64,000 nucleotides of DNA, from the NCBI GenBank assembly GCA_963555825.3, contig CAUVXB020000001.1, positions 416,001 through 480,000 of the forward strand, written 5' to 3'. Each line of letters starts with the position of its first letter. Positions within the stretch are counted from its first letter, which is position 1. Of this stretch, positions 10,862-20,467 are shown piece by piece. Position numbers and translations under genes: made by a program. Origin of the DNA: Alphaproteobacteria bacterium. Its GTDB lineage: Bacteria > Pseudomonadota > Alphaproteobacteria > JAAXGF01. The notes under the pieces were generated by a model. It worked only from the letters and a program-made list of their open reading frames with translations. It did not search any database and was not told the DNA's origin.

Positions 10862-11266
10862 ATGCGAACCGGTGGATGCCAATGTGGCGCGGTGCGCTAC
10901 GAGACCGTCGACGCGCCGACCGAGCTCTACGTCTGTCATTGCCTGGAATGCCGCAAGCAGTCGGCCTCGGCGTTCGAAATTTCGTTCATCGTGCCGCACC
11001 GCGACATCACCCTGACCCAGGGCACGCCGCGCTTTTGGCAGCGTCCGACCGACAGCGGTGGGCAAATTAGATGTGCTTTCTGCCCGGACTGCGGCTCGCG
11101 GCTGTGGCACGAGGACGCGGCCGATCCCGACCGGGCCAGCATCAAGGGCGGCACGCTCGACGAGGCGCCCGACATCTCGGCGGTCGATCACATCTGGACC
11201 AAGCGCAAGATGCCCGGCATCGTCATTCCCGACGACGCCCGCCAGTTCGCGGAAGAGCCGGACTAG
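10862..11266 (+). CDS. GFA/CENP-V family protein
   Basis: GGCQCG, CHCLECRK, FCPDCGS. Confidence 0.9.
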   Translation: MRTGGCQCGAVRYETVDAPTELYVCHCLECRKQSASAFEISFIVPHRDITLTQGTPRFWQRPTDSGGQIRCAFCPDCGSRLWHEDAADPDRASIKGGTLDEAPDISAVDHIWTKRKMPGIVIPDDARQFAEEPD

Positions 11267-11369
11267 CCGTCTAGCAGGCGGGAACTTCGCCCGACGAGAA
11301 GTGGCCGACCAGCACGATGTCGAACCAGTGGTCCCAGTCTGCCTTGCCGGTCAGCGGCGCGAGCCGCCG

Positions 11370-12560
11370 CTACAGCACCTCGAGGTCGCGTGGTGATTCG
11401 GTGATCACCTCGGTGCCGGTCTCGGTGACCAGCACCGAATCGCCGACCCGCGCGCCGAATACACCGGGCACGGTGATGCCGCCGTCGACGGCGAATAGCA
11501 TGCCGGCCTCGAGCGGTGTCGTGTCGCCTTGCTTGAGCTCGGGCTGCTCGAGCGAGGAATAGCCGAGCGCGCGGCCGGTTCGGTACGACGGCTCGAAGCC
11601 GCCGGCGCGGTAAACCTCGACCGCCGCGGCGTTGACGTCTTGCGCCGTCACGCCCGGCCGCATGGCGGCGATCGCCGCCTGCTGCGCGGCGACGCAGACT
11701 TCGTAGGTGCGCGCCGTCCCGTCGTCGACCTCGCCGACGAAATATTCGCGGTCGTAGCCCAGCTTGAACTGTTTGAAATGCGCGATCGGGCAGAAGCACA
11801 TGTAGACCGGGTCGCCGCGCTCGATCGGCCGGACGCGCGGGTGCAGGTGGACATAGCTGGTGAAGTGACCCGACTGCAGCACCTGGAGATTGTGGATCAT
11901 CGGCGACATCAGCGCGCCGAGGTCCTCGGCGGCGATGATCTCGGCCGCTTTGCGCGTGCCGGCGGCGATGCAGGCGAGCGAGACCTCGTACTCGGGCACG
12001 CCCTCGCCGATCGCCGACTTGCCGGCGGCGCCCATGGCGACGGCCACCCGGCCGGCCTGGCGGATCATGGCGATCTCCTCCGGCCCCTTGATCACGCGCA
12101 GCCGCGCGATGACCTCGGTCGCATCCGACAGCCGCTCGGCATGCGGACCGGCGCGCAGGAAGTCGGCGATGACCGCCGGCACGTCGAACCATTCGAGGCC
12201 GATCCGCGCGCCGGGGCTCGATCCGAGCACGGCGGCGAGCGGCTCGCGCCATTCGCCGCCGTCGCCGTCGGTGTAGCCGCGCAGGTCTTCGACCCAGGTC
12301 ATCGCCTGGCACATCGGCATTTCCATCAGCGGGGTGATCAGCGTCGGCGCGCCGTCCTTGGGCACGACGGCGATGGTCGGGCGGCCGAATTCCATGCCGA
12401 GATCGCCCCAATAGCCGGTCAGGTAGTAGATCGAATCGACATTGGTCACGACCATGACGTCGACGCCTGCCTCGGCGAGCCGGCGCTGCAGCCGCTCGGT
12501 GTGCGTGCGAAACAGGGCCAAGAGCGCGCGCTCGGTGATCGGATGCTGCAAATCGCTCAT
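11370..12560 (-). CDS. M24 (Xaa-Pro peptidase/creatinase-like) hydrolase, metal ligands not conserved
   Basis: Creatinase N-domain (IYYLTGY), RVIKGPEEI; YRTGRALG and RVGDSV in place of GHGIG and RIED. Confidence 0.85.
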   Translation of the reverse strand: MSDLQHPITERALLALFRTHTERLQRRLAEAGVDVMVVTNVDSIYYLTGYWGDLGMEFGRPTIAVVPKDGAPTLITPLMEMPMCQAMTWVEDLRGYTDGDGGEWREPLAAVLGSSPGARIGLEWFDVPAVIADFLRAGPHAERLSDATEVIARLRVIKGPEEIAMIRQAGRVAVAMGAAGKSAIGEGVPEYEVSLACIAAGTRKAAEIIAAEDLGALMSPMIHNLQVLQSGHFTSYVHLHPRVRPIERGDPVYMCFCPIAHFKQFKLGYDREYFVGEVDDGTARTYEVCVAAQQAAIAAMRPGVTAQDVNAAAVEVYRAGGFEPSYRTGRALGYSSLEQPELKQGDTTPLEAGMLFAVDGGITVPGVFGARVGDSVLVTETGTEVITESPRDLEVL

Positions 12561-12662
12561 CGGGTCGCGTCCTTTGCTTGATGCTCGTTCGCGATCGACG
12601 CTATAGCTTTACGGGACAGGCCGACAGCGCAAATTTCGACCGGACCAAGGAGGCGAGGGGAC

Positions 12663-13676
12663 ATGACGAAAGCGGCAACCAAGGTCACCACGGAAATCGA
12701 CTTCGAGGCCGACGGCAAGCACCACGGCACCTTCAACGTGCCGCATTCGCGGAACGATTCGGCGTGGGGCGCGGTGCGCGTGCCGATGACTGTGATCAAG
12801 AACGGCGACGGCCCGACGCTGCTGTTCACGGGCGGCAACCACGGCGACGAATACGAGGGGCCGATCGCGCTGATGAAGCTGGCGCGCTGGCTCGAGCCCG
12901 GCGCGATGCGCGGCCGGGTGATCATCATCCCGGCGCTCAACTACCCCGCCGTCAAGGCCGGCACGCGGGTCTCGCCGATCGACGACATCAACATGAACCG
13001 CGCCTTCCCGGGTAAACGCGACGGCACGGTCACCAAGATGATCGCGCATTACGTCGATAGCCAGTTGGTGCCGATGGCCGACGCGGTGGTCGATATCCAT
13101 TCGGGCGGCAAGACGTTGATGTTTTCGCCCTTCGCCTGCATCCATGCGTTCGACGATGTCGAGGCGATGGCGCGCGCCCGCGCCGCGCTGGCCGCATTCG
13201 ATGCGCCGATCAACCTGGTGCTGGTCGAGCTCGACGCCGAAGGCATGCTCGACACCTCGGTCGAGGCGGCGGGCAAGGTCTTCGTCGGCACCGAGCTCGG
13301 CGGCGGCGGTTCGGCGATCGCCGAATATGTCGCGATCGCCGAGACCGGCGTGCGCAACCTGCTGTGCCACTTCGGCGTCATCGACGGCGAGGTCTCGACG
13401 CGCGAGAGCCGCGGCTTGGCGCCGAGCCGGACGATGGACACCGCCGAGCCCGGCTGCTATGTGCTCGCCGACGACGCCGGCATCTACGAGCCGCTGGTCG
13501 ACCTCGGCGCCGAGGTCGCCGCCGGCGACCCTCTCGGCCAGGTGCACGTCGTCGAGCGGCTCGATCGGCCCCCCACGGTCTACCACGCCGGGCATGCCGG
13601 CACGGTGATCGGCCGTCACCACCCCGGCCTGATCCAGCCCGGCGACTTCCTCGCGCTCGTCGCGTACGACGTTTAG
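12663..13676 (+). CDS. doeB: N-alpha-acetyl-diaminobutyrate deacetylase (DoeB/EutE; AstE/AspA family)
   Basis: SRNDSAWG, GNHGDEYEG, NMNRAFPG, DIHSGG, TELGGGG. Confidence 0.82.
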   Translation: MTKAATKVTTEIDFEADGKHHGTFNVPHSRNDSAWGAVRVPMTVIKNGDGPTLLFTGGNHGDEYEGPIALMKLARWLEPGAMRGRVIIIPALNYPAVKAGTRVSPIDDINMNRAFPGKRDGTVTKMIAHYVDSQLVPMADAVVDIHSGGKTLMFSPFACIHAFDDVEAMARARAALAAFDAPINLVLVELDAEGMLDTSVEAAGKVFVGTELGGGGSAIAEYVAIAETGVRNLLCHFGVIDGEVSTRESRGLAPSRTMDTAEPGCYVLADDAGIYEPLVDLGAEVAAGDPLGQVHVVERLDRPPTVYHAGHAGTVIGRHHPGLIQPGDFLALVAYDV

Positions 13677-13714
13677 GAGATGGTCATCGCCCACGACCTG
13701 TTCCGGCTCTAACC

Positions 13715-14908
13715 ATGCGCGGTACGACGACGACACCGGTTGGCGAACGCCACGGCCCGCTGCTCGCCATGTTCGCGCTCGGCCACATGGCGAACGACTG
13801 GGCGCCGGGGGCGATGTGGATCATCGCGCCGGCGATCGCCGCGGCGATGGGTCTCTCGCCCGCCGAGATCGGCATCCTGTTCGCCATCAAGGGCACCGGC
13901 GCGGCGCTCGCGTTCCTGCCGGCGGGCGTGCTGGCCGACCGGGTCGCCAATCGCGGTGGCCTGTTGCTGGGTACTTTTTGGTGGGTCGCGATCGGCTATT
14001 TCGTCTCGTCGCTGGCGCCCGAGTTTTGGAGCCTCGCGCTTCTGCTCGCGCTGGCCAATGTCGGCGACGCGGCCTGGCACCCGGTCGCGACCGGCGTGCT
14101 CGCCCAGCGCATGCCGAGCCGCCGCGCCCAGGCGCTCGGCATTCACGCGGTCGGCGGCACGCTGGCCGAGGTGCTGGCGCCGCTCGCCACCGGGCTTCTG
14201 CTGACCTTCGTCGACTGGCGCGCGGCGATCATGCTCGCCGGCGTCCCGGCGCTGTTGATGGGGCTGGTCTTCATCCGCTACGCCGCGACGGTGCCGCGCT
14301 CGGGCGACGTGGCGATCTCGCGCGCCGACTTCGGCCAGCTGTTGCACGTGTGGCGTGGTCGCGAGGGCCTCGGCATGATCGCCATGGTCGGCGCCTACTC
14401 CATGGCGCTGATGGCGGCGCTCAGCATGACCCCGCTGTTCCTCATCGACGTGCACGGCGCCAGCGTGGCGACCGCGGGCGTCGTGTTTGCGGCGATGAGC
14501 CTCGTTGGCGCCATTGCGCAGCCCGTTCTCGGGTGGTTTTCGGACGCCATCGGCCGCCGCCCGTTGTTCATCGCGGGCAACGCGATCGCGGCGCTGGCCG
14601 CCGTCGTTGTCGTGCTGGCGCCCGGATTGCCCGTCGCGGTGCCCGCATTGATCGTCGCCGCCGGCGCGCTGATCGGCGTGCGTTCGTGCGTGCTCGCCGC
14701 GGCGGTCGAATTATCGGCCAAGCGCGAGGCGACGACGCTGGGCTTCACCTTCTCGCTGATGGACGGGCTCGGCGCTCTGGGCGCTCTGGTCGCCGGCGCG
14801 GTCGGCAACATCGACCTGCACTACGCCTTCCTGGTGACGGCGGTGCTGGCCGCCGCCGCCGGCGCCACGGCGCTGGCCGCGCCCTTCGGCGCGACAAGCG
14901 CGCGGTAA
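13715..14908 (+). CDS. MFS transporter
   Basis: About 12 hydrophobic segments; GVLADRV and GWFSDAIGRR motif A. Confidence 0.88.
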   Translation: MRGTTTTPVGERHGPLLAMFALGHMANDWAPGAMWIIAPAIAAAMGLSPAEIGILFAIKGTGAALAFLPAGVLADRVANRGGLLLGTFWWVAIGYFVSSLAPEFWSLALLLALANVGDAAWHPVATGVLAQRMPSRRAQALGIHAVGGTLAEVLAPLATGLLLTFVDWRAAIMLAGVPALLMGLVFIRYAATVPRSGDVAISRADFGQLLHVWRGREGLGMIAMVGAYSMALMAALSMTPLFLIDVHGASVATAGVVFAAMSLVGAIAQPVLGWFSDAIGRRPLFIAGNAIAALAAVVVVLAPGLPVAVPALIVAAGALIGVRSCVLAAAVELSAKREATTLGFTFSLMDGLGALGALVAGAVGNIDLHYAFLVTAVLAAAAGATALAAPFGATSAR

Positions 14909-15010
14909 CCGCCGGATGTTGCGCGCGGCTCCGGGGTTCTTCCTGAGTTGTCCTGGCGTCGGCCCGGGCGTACTGTCGGTGATCGCCTTCTGCACTCATG
15001 AGAGGGAAGG

Positions 15011-15397
15011 ATGATGCTGAAGAACCTCCTGAAGCTTTTCAAAAAGAGCCCCGAGGGTCAGGACAGGCGCCGCGAGCCGCGCGAGACGATCGAGGACGGC
15101 GAGGTCGAGATCAGAGGGCGGACCTACCGCCTGAACGATTGGACGCCGCGCGCGTTCATGGCCAAACCCTGCGATGTCGACTGCAATATTACCGACCGAC
15201 TCGAGGTCACCGTCCGCATCCGTTATCCGGACAAGAATATCGAGTTCGCCAGCCGCGCCATCGTCGTCCGGATCGACAAGGAAGGACAGGAACTCGCGGC
15301 CTATTTCGCGATGCTCGACGAAGCGGCCGAGACCGTGATCGCCAACCACTTCGGCGACGGCACGCAGACCTTGGACGACTTGCTCGGCGACGGCTGA
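15011..15397 (+). CDS. PilZ-like single-domain protein (paralogue of 9936..10289)
   Basis: RRREPR; DGEVEIRG.TY...DW aligns with DGTIEIDG.IY...NW; shared VVRID. Confidence 0.65.
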   Translation: MMLKNLLKLFKKSPEGQDRRREPRETIEDGEVEIRGRTYRLNDWTPRAFMAKPCDVDCNITDRLEVTVRIRYPDKNIEFASRAIVVRIDKEGQELAAYFAMLDEAAETVIANHFGDGTQTLDDLLGDG

Positions 15398-15434
15398 GCC
15401 TTGGTATAAAAGGCCGGCGGCACCGAACGTGGCT

Positions 15435-16067
15435 TCAGTGCTCGGCGATCCCGCGAAACGCCTCGGCGCCCCATAGGTCCTCGATCCGGTCGTCGCGGCC
15501 GCATCGGTAGCGGTAGAAATTGTAGCGAATCGGGTTCTTTTCGTAATAGTCCTGGTGATACCCCTCGGCCGGATAGAACGGCCCGGCGAGCTCGATCGGG
15601 GTGACGATCGGCCGGTCGAGCATGGCGGACGCTTCCAGCGCGCGCTTGGATTCCTCGGCCAATCGCTTCTGTTCCGCAGAATTCGCAAAGATGGCGGTCT
15701 GATAACTCTCGCCGCGGTCGCAAAACTGGCCGCCGCCGTCGGTCGGGTCGACGCTGCGCCAGAAGACGTCGAGCAGCGTGGCATACGATGTCTTGGTCGG
15801 GTCGTAGACGATGCGCACGGCCTCGCGGTGCCCGGTGCCGCCGGCGCTGACCCGCTTGTACGTCGGGTCGACCAGATCGCCGCCGGTGTAGCCCGAGGTC
15901 GTGCTGACGACGCCGGGGACATAGTCGAAGTCGGATTCCACACACCAGAAACAACCGCCGGCGAAGGTCGCGGCCTCGAGGCCGTCCTCGGCGGCGCGCG
16001 CGATCGACGCGGTGGTCAACGCCGAAAGCGCCATGGCGAAGCTGACGAGAAGAATTTTTCGAGGCAT
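15435..16067 (-). CDS. msrA: Peptide-methionine (S)-S-oxide reductase, exported
   Basis: FAGGCFWC, GH.EAV, FYPAEGYHQDYY; N-terminal signal peptide. Confidence 0.93.
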   Translation of the reverse strand: MPRKILLVSFAMALSALTTASIARAAEDGLEAATFAGGCFWCVESDFDYVPGVVSTTSGYTGGDLVDPTYKRVSAGGTGHREAVRIVYDPTKTSYATLLDVFWRSVDPTDGGGQFCDRGESYQTAIFANSAEQKRLAEESKRALEASAMLDRPIVTPIELAGPFYPAEGYHQDYYEKNPIRYNFYRYRCGRDDRIEDLWGAEAFRGIAEH

Positions 16068-16318
16068 CGGATGGCACTCCCTGAATCGACGAGCGGTCAT
16101 TTGCGTTGTCGTCCTAGGTGGGGGGTCGATCGGCGAATGCGAGTCGATCTCGCGGAATTTTGATCTCGGCGTGGACGATCCCGAGAAAGCGGCGGACAAT
16201 TTCGATACTCATCTTCGCTTTGCAAAACGCTTTTTCTGCGCCATGACTGCCTTCGCTGTTGCGTGCCCTGGTGGCGCGCGTAGGTTACGACGAGGGGCTC
16301 GATAAGGAGCGGCCGGTC

Positions 16319-17350
16319 ATGCGGTTTAGCGTGTTTCTTTCCTGTCATCTGTTGGATGTCAGCTATCCGCCCGAGCGGCTCTATGCCGAGATGCTCGAGC
16401 AGGCCGCGCTTGCCGAGAACCTCGGCTTCGACGGGCTGTCGTTGCCCGAGCATCATCTGGTCAACGTATTGATGAACCCGAACCCCCTGATGTTCGCGGT
16501 CAAGCTTGCGTCGGTGACCGAGCGGCTGCCGATCACCACGGCGGTCCTGGTGCTGCCGTTCCACGACATGCGCCGGCTGGCCGGCGACATCGCGCTCGCC
16601 GACATGCTGATCGGCGGCGAGCGGCTCGAGCTGGGTTGCGGGCGCGGCGCCTTCGCCTACGAGTTCGGCCGCTTCGGCGTACCGGTCGAGACCAGCCGCG
16701 CGGTGTTCGACGAATCGCTCGACGTGCTCGAGGCGCTGCTGAGCGGCGCGGACGTCGCCTGGGACGGCGATTACTACCAGTTCGAGCCGCTGACCATCAT
16801 GCCGCGCCCGTTGCGCAAGCCGCGCATCTGGATCGCCGCGCTCGGCCCCGAGGCGATCTATCACTGCGCGCGCAAGGGCTACGACGTGCAGACCACGCCG
16901 CTGCGCGGCGGCTTCGAGCTCGGCAAGAAGCAGGCCGCGGCGTTCCACCGCGGCAAGGCCGAGACCGCGGTCCCGATCGAGCTCTCGATGCTGCGCTCGG
17001 CCTATGTCGCGAGCAACGAGGCGGACGCCTGGGCGAAGCGCGAGATCGCCTAAGATTACGGCCGGCGCTTCACCAACGCCTTCGAGACGCCGGGCACGGT
17101 CACGGCCGGCGAGCTGGAGCTGATCGAGCTGGCCTACACGCTCGAGGACGCCGCCAAGCAGCTCATCGTCGGCACCGAGGCCGAGATCACCGACAAGATC
17201 GGCGCCTACGTCGATCTCGGCATGGACGAGATCGCGCTCGACATGCACTTGGGCATCGCGCACCGCGACGTCATGGCGTCGATGGAGCGCTTCGCCGCCA
17301 AGGTGATGCCGCAGTTCAAAGACACGCCCAGGCTGGTCGATGCGGGGTAG
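16319..17350 (+). pseudogene. LLM-class flavin-dependent oxidoreductase with in-frame TAA at 17051-17053
   Basis: LGFDGLSLPEHH and GRG motifs; the frame continues past TAA with LIVGT...MERFAAKVMP to TAG 17350. Confidence 0.85.
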
Positions 17351-17433
17351 TTGAGCGTATCCTCGCGCTTGACCGACAACCCACGCAGGGGTTTCATGGA
17401 GCCAATCGCGTTCGTCGAGGAATGAGAGCCATC

Positions 17434-18537
17434 ATGGCGACCACCGACTACAAGCTCATCGAGCATCCGGGCGCCTGGAGGGCGACCGATTTCGAGGGCA
17501 AGGACGACCTCGCCATCGACCTCGAACCGCGCCACGTCGCGGCGCTCGAGGCAGCGCTCGCCAGCGTGCATGACGCGGGCATCGCGCTCGACGACATCAC
17601 GCGCGAGAGCTTCCCGCTCGACGACATCGCGGCCGACATCGCGGCGTGGCGCGAAGAGGTGATGGAGGGGCGCGGCATCGTCTTGCTGCGCGGCTTTCCG
17701 ATCGACGGGCATTCGGTCGAGAGCATCGGGCTGATGTATTTCGGCCTCGGCGCGCATTTCGGCCATGCGCTGTCGCAGAGCGTGATGGGCGACCGGCTGG
17801 GCCATGTCGTCAACATCGGCGACAAGGATTCGCGCGAGCGCGCCTACCGCAACAGCCGCGAATTAACGCCGCACACCGACGCCAGCGACCTGATCGCCAT
17901 GCTGTGCCTGCAGCCGGCCACGTCGGGTGGGTTCAGCGGCTATGCCAGCATCTACGCGATTTACAACGAACTGGTCCGGCACAACCCGGACTATCTCGAG
18001 GTCTTGTTCCGGGGCTTTCCCTACCACCGCTTCGGCGAGCAGGAGCCAGGCGAGCCGCCGGTCACGACCCATGACGTGCCGATCCTGTCGTGGTGCGAGG
18101 GCCGGCTGAGCGGCGCCTATATCCGCGCCTACATGGAGATGGGCCTCGAAGAGTTGGGCCGCGCGATGAGCGAGCATGAGCGCGCCGCGCTCGATGCCCT
18201 CGACGACTTGAGCTGCAGCGACGACCTGCTGTTCCAGACTCTGCTCGAGCCGGGCGAGATGACGATCATCAACAACTACACGGTGATGCACACGCGCACC
18301 GGCTTCGAGGACGACGACGACCCGGCCAAGAAGCGTCATCTCTTGCGGCTCTGGCTGTCGGCTCACGAGCCGCGCCCGGTGGTCCAAGGCGTGCGCCGCT
18401 ACGATCTGCACAAGAAGGGCATCGCCGTTCAGGCCGGGCAGACGACCTACTACACCGGCGAGACGCCGACCGTCGAGGTGCCGCGGCCCACCGCGCGCGG
18501 TGCAATCCACGTCGCCGACCGCGGCATCACCGGTTGA
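17434..18537 (+). CDS. TauD/TfdA (clavaminate-synthase-like) 2OG-Fe(II) dioxygenase
   Basis: HTD, NNYTVMHTRT, RHLLRLWL. Confidence 0.88.
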   Translation: MATTDYKLIEHPGAWRATDFEGKDDLAIDLEPRHVAALEAALASVHDAGIALDDITRESFPLDDIAADIAAWREEVMEGRGIVLLRGFPIDGHSVESIGLMYFGLGAHFGHALSQSVMGDRLGHVVNIGDKDSRERAYRNSRELTPHTDASDLIAMLCLQPATSGGFSGYASIYAIYNELVRHNPDYLEVLFRGFPYHRFGEQEPGEPPVTTHDVPILSWCEGRLSGAYIRAYMEMGLEELGRAMSEHERAALDALDDLSCSDDLLFQTLLEPGEMTIINNYTVMHTRTGFEDDDDPAKKRHLLRLWLSAHEPRPVVQGVRRYDLHKKGIAVQAGQTTYYTGETPTVEVPRPTARGAIHVADRGITG

Positions 18538-18598
18538 GTATGGAACGCTGGTTAAGTGTGGAACGCTCGCCGGCCTCGGTGGCGCCGCAGCCAATATT

Positions 18599-18654
18599 GG
18601 GGTCAGACTCCTTTATTATACATTTAGAACAATGGATTAAAAATAAGTCTGACC
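18599..18654. repeat. REP-like AT-rich palindrome, copy 1
   Basis: ggggtcagactcctttatt ... aataagtctgacc. Confidence 0.7.
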
Positions 18655-18689
18655 ACGTTACATAAGTCTGGCGGTGAGGCCGCGCGGGC

Positions 18690-19715
18690 CTAATCGCCCC
18701 AGATGGTCGCCAGCGCGCGGACCAGGTTCTCGCCCAGCAGGCCGCGGATGTCGGCCTCTGGCCAGCCCTTCTGTTCGAGTGCGGCGACCACGTTGACGAG
18801 CTCGGCGTGCGAGGAACACCCGGTGAGGTAACGGTTGCGGACGTCGTTGCCGAAGGCGGCGGCATAGGCGCCGATCATCGCCGGATAGCGCTTCGCCGTC
18901 TGCCCGGTGATATGGGCGACGGCGTCGAGGTCGGCGACCGCCGGCAGGTCGGTGCCGATGGCGACGTGGCCGACGCCGGCGACGCCGGCGATATGCTCCA
19001 GGTGGCGGATGAAATCGTCGATCGCCGGCGGGTACGCGGGGTCGCCGTCCCAGCACATCGGACCGTAAATGCTGACGCCGACCGTGCCGCCCGACTGCGC
19101 CACGGCGGCGATCAGCGCGTCGGATTTGTTGCGCGGGTTGTCCGACACCGCGCGCGCGTTGGCGTGGGTGATCAGCACGGGCTTCGCACTCGCCTCGACG
19201 ACGTCGCGCGCGGTGCGCTCACCGACGTGGCTGAGATCGATGGCGATGCCGAGCGCGTTCATCGACGCGACCGCGCGGCCGCCCAGCGCGCTCAGGCCGC
19301 CGTCGTCGGGCTCGAGGCAGCCGTCGCCCATGAAGTTCCGGAAGTTGTAGGTCGGCTGCATGATGCGCAGACCGAGCCGGTGGAACAAGGCGAGCCGGTC
19401 GAGGTCGTCGCCGATCGGCCGCATGTTCTGCCAGCCCATGATCAGGCCAACCTTGCCGTCGGCGCGCGCCGCCGCGATGTCGGCGGCGCTCTCGATCAGG
19501 CGCCACGGGCTGTCGGGCTGGCCGAGACGGGCGTGCCAGCCGGCGAGCTGTTCGCAGGAGGTCTCGAAATCGCCCTCGAAGTGGCTGACCGTCAGATTGA
19601 TCGCCGCGACGTTGCCGGCGCGCAAGCCCTCGACCCCACCGTCGCTGAAGAACACCAGCCCGTCGACGACCAACACGTCGTCGGCGAAACCGCCCGCCGG
19701 GGCGACGACCGTCAT
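18690..19715 (-). CDS. Membrane dipeptidase (M19) family protein
   Basis: IDLSHVG, ITHAN, PRNKSD, VAIGTD, GLLGENLVR. Confidence 0.85.
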   Translation of the reverse strand: MTVVAPAGGFADDVLVVDGLVFFSDGGVEGLRAGNVAAINLTVSHFEGDFETSCEQLAGWHARLGQPDSPWRLIESAADIAAARADGKVGLIMGWQNMRPIGDDLDRLALFHRLGLRIMQPTYNFRNFMGDGCLEPDDGGLSALGGRAVASMNALGIAIDLSHVGERTARDVVEASAKPVLITHANARAVSDNPRNKSDALIAAVAQSGGTVGVSIYGPMCWDGDPAYPPAIDDFIRHLEHIAGVAGVGHVAIGTDLPAVADLDAVAHITGQTAKRYPAMIGAYAAAFGNDVRNRYLTGCSSHAELVNVVAALEQKGWPEADIRGLLGENLVRALATIWGD

Positions 19716-19733
19716 GTCATGCCCCGGACCCGC

Positions 19734-20153
19734 TCACCACTCGCCGGTGTTCGCCATCGAGGCCCAGGGTTCCTGGGCGGGCAGCGCGTCGCCGACCTGC
19801 AAAAGCTCGACCGAGATGTCGTCGGGCGAGCGAATGAAGGCCATGTGGCCGTCGCGCGGTGGCCGGTTGATGGTGACGCCGGCGTCCATCAACTTCTGGC
19901 AGGTCTCGTAGATGTTGCTGACCGCGTAGGCGAGGTGGCCGAAGTTGCGGCCGCCGTCCATCTCTTCCGGATCGTAGTTGTAGGTCAGTTCGACCTGCGC
20001 CTCGTGATCGCCCGGCGCGGCGAGCATGACCAGCGTGAAGCGGTGTTCGGGATAGTCGTAGCGGACGACCTCCTCGAGCCCCAGCTTGTTACAATAGAAG
20101 TCCATCGACGCGTCGAGGTCAGCGACGCGGACCATGGTGTGCAGATACTTCAA
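19734..20153 (-). CDS. gloA: Lactoylglutathione lyase (glyoxalase I)
   Basis: TTG start after gggagg; YLHTMVRV, ELTYN, NFGHLAY, RPPRDGHMAFIRSPD.ISVELLQ. Confidence 0.85.
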   Translation of the reverse strand: MKYLHTMVRVADLDASMDFYCNKLGLEEVVRYDYPEHRFTLVMLAAPGDHEAQVELTYNYDPEEMDGGRNFGHLAYAVSNIYETCQKLMDAGVTINRPPRDGHMAFIRSPDDISVELLQVGDALPAQEPWASMANTGEW

Positions 20154-20467
20154 GGCTTCCTCCCGTTGATGACGTGTCGCCCCCTTAATGGGGCGCAACC
20201 ATGTCGCCCCGTGAAGGGCCGCAACTATGGACCAAGGCCCGAAACGTTGCAATTGCCGGCACCCATAAATCCGGATGGCGGGGCGGGCCTGCGGCGTGAT
20301 ATTCTGCGGCCATGAGATCGAAGGAAGAATATCGCCCTCCCTGCCGCGCCCGGTGACGTGGCGCCGCCGCCCGCGCGCGGGCGGATCGGCCGCCGTTATC
20401 TGCCGTCCCGCAGGCAATCGCCGTCGGGACGATACCGGGATCGAGCAATTCGGGTGGTGTGGTCGAG

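Noticed and set aside
10313-11266. Divergent GFA pair (plus a third at 24177) as a formaldehyde-oxidation pathway
   Set aside because: GFA/CENP-V paralogues are common in Alphaproteobacteria and no frmA/fghA genes are nearby.
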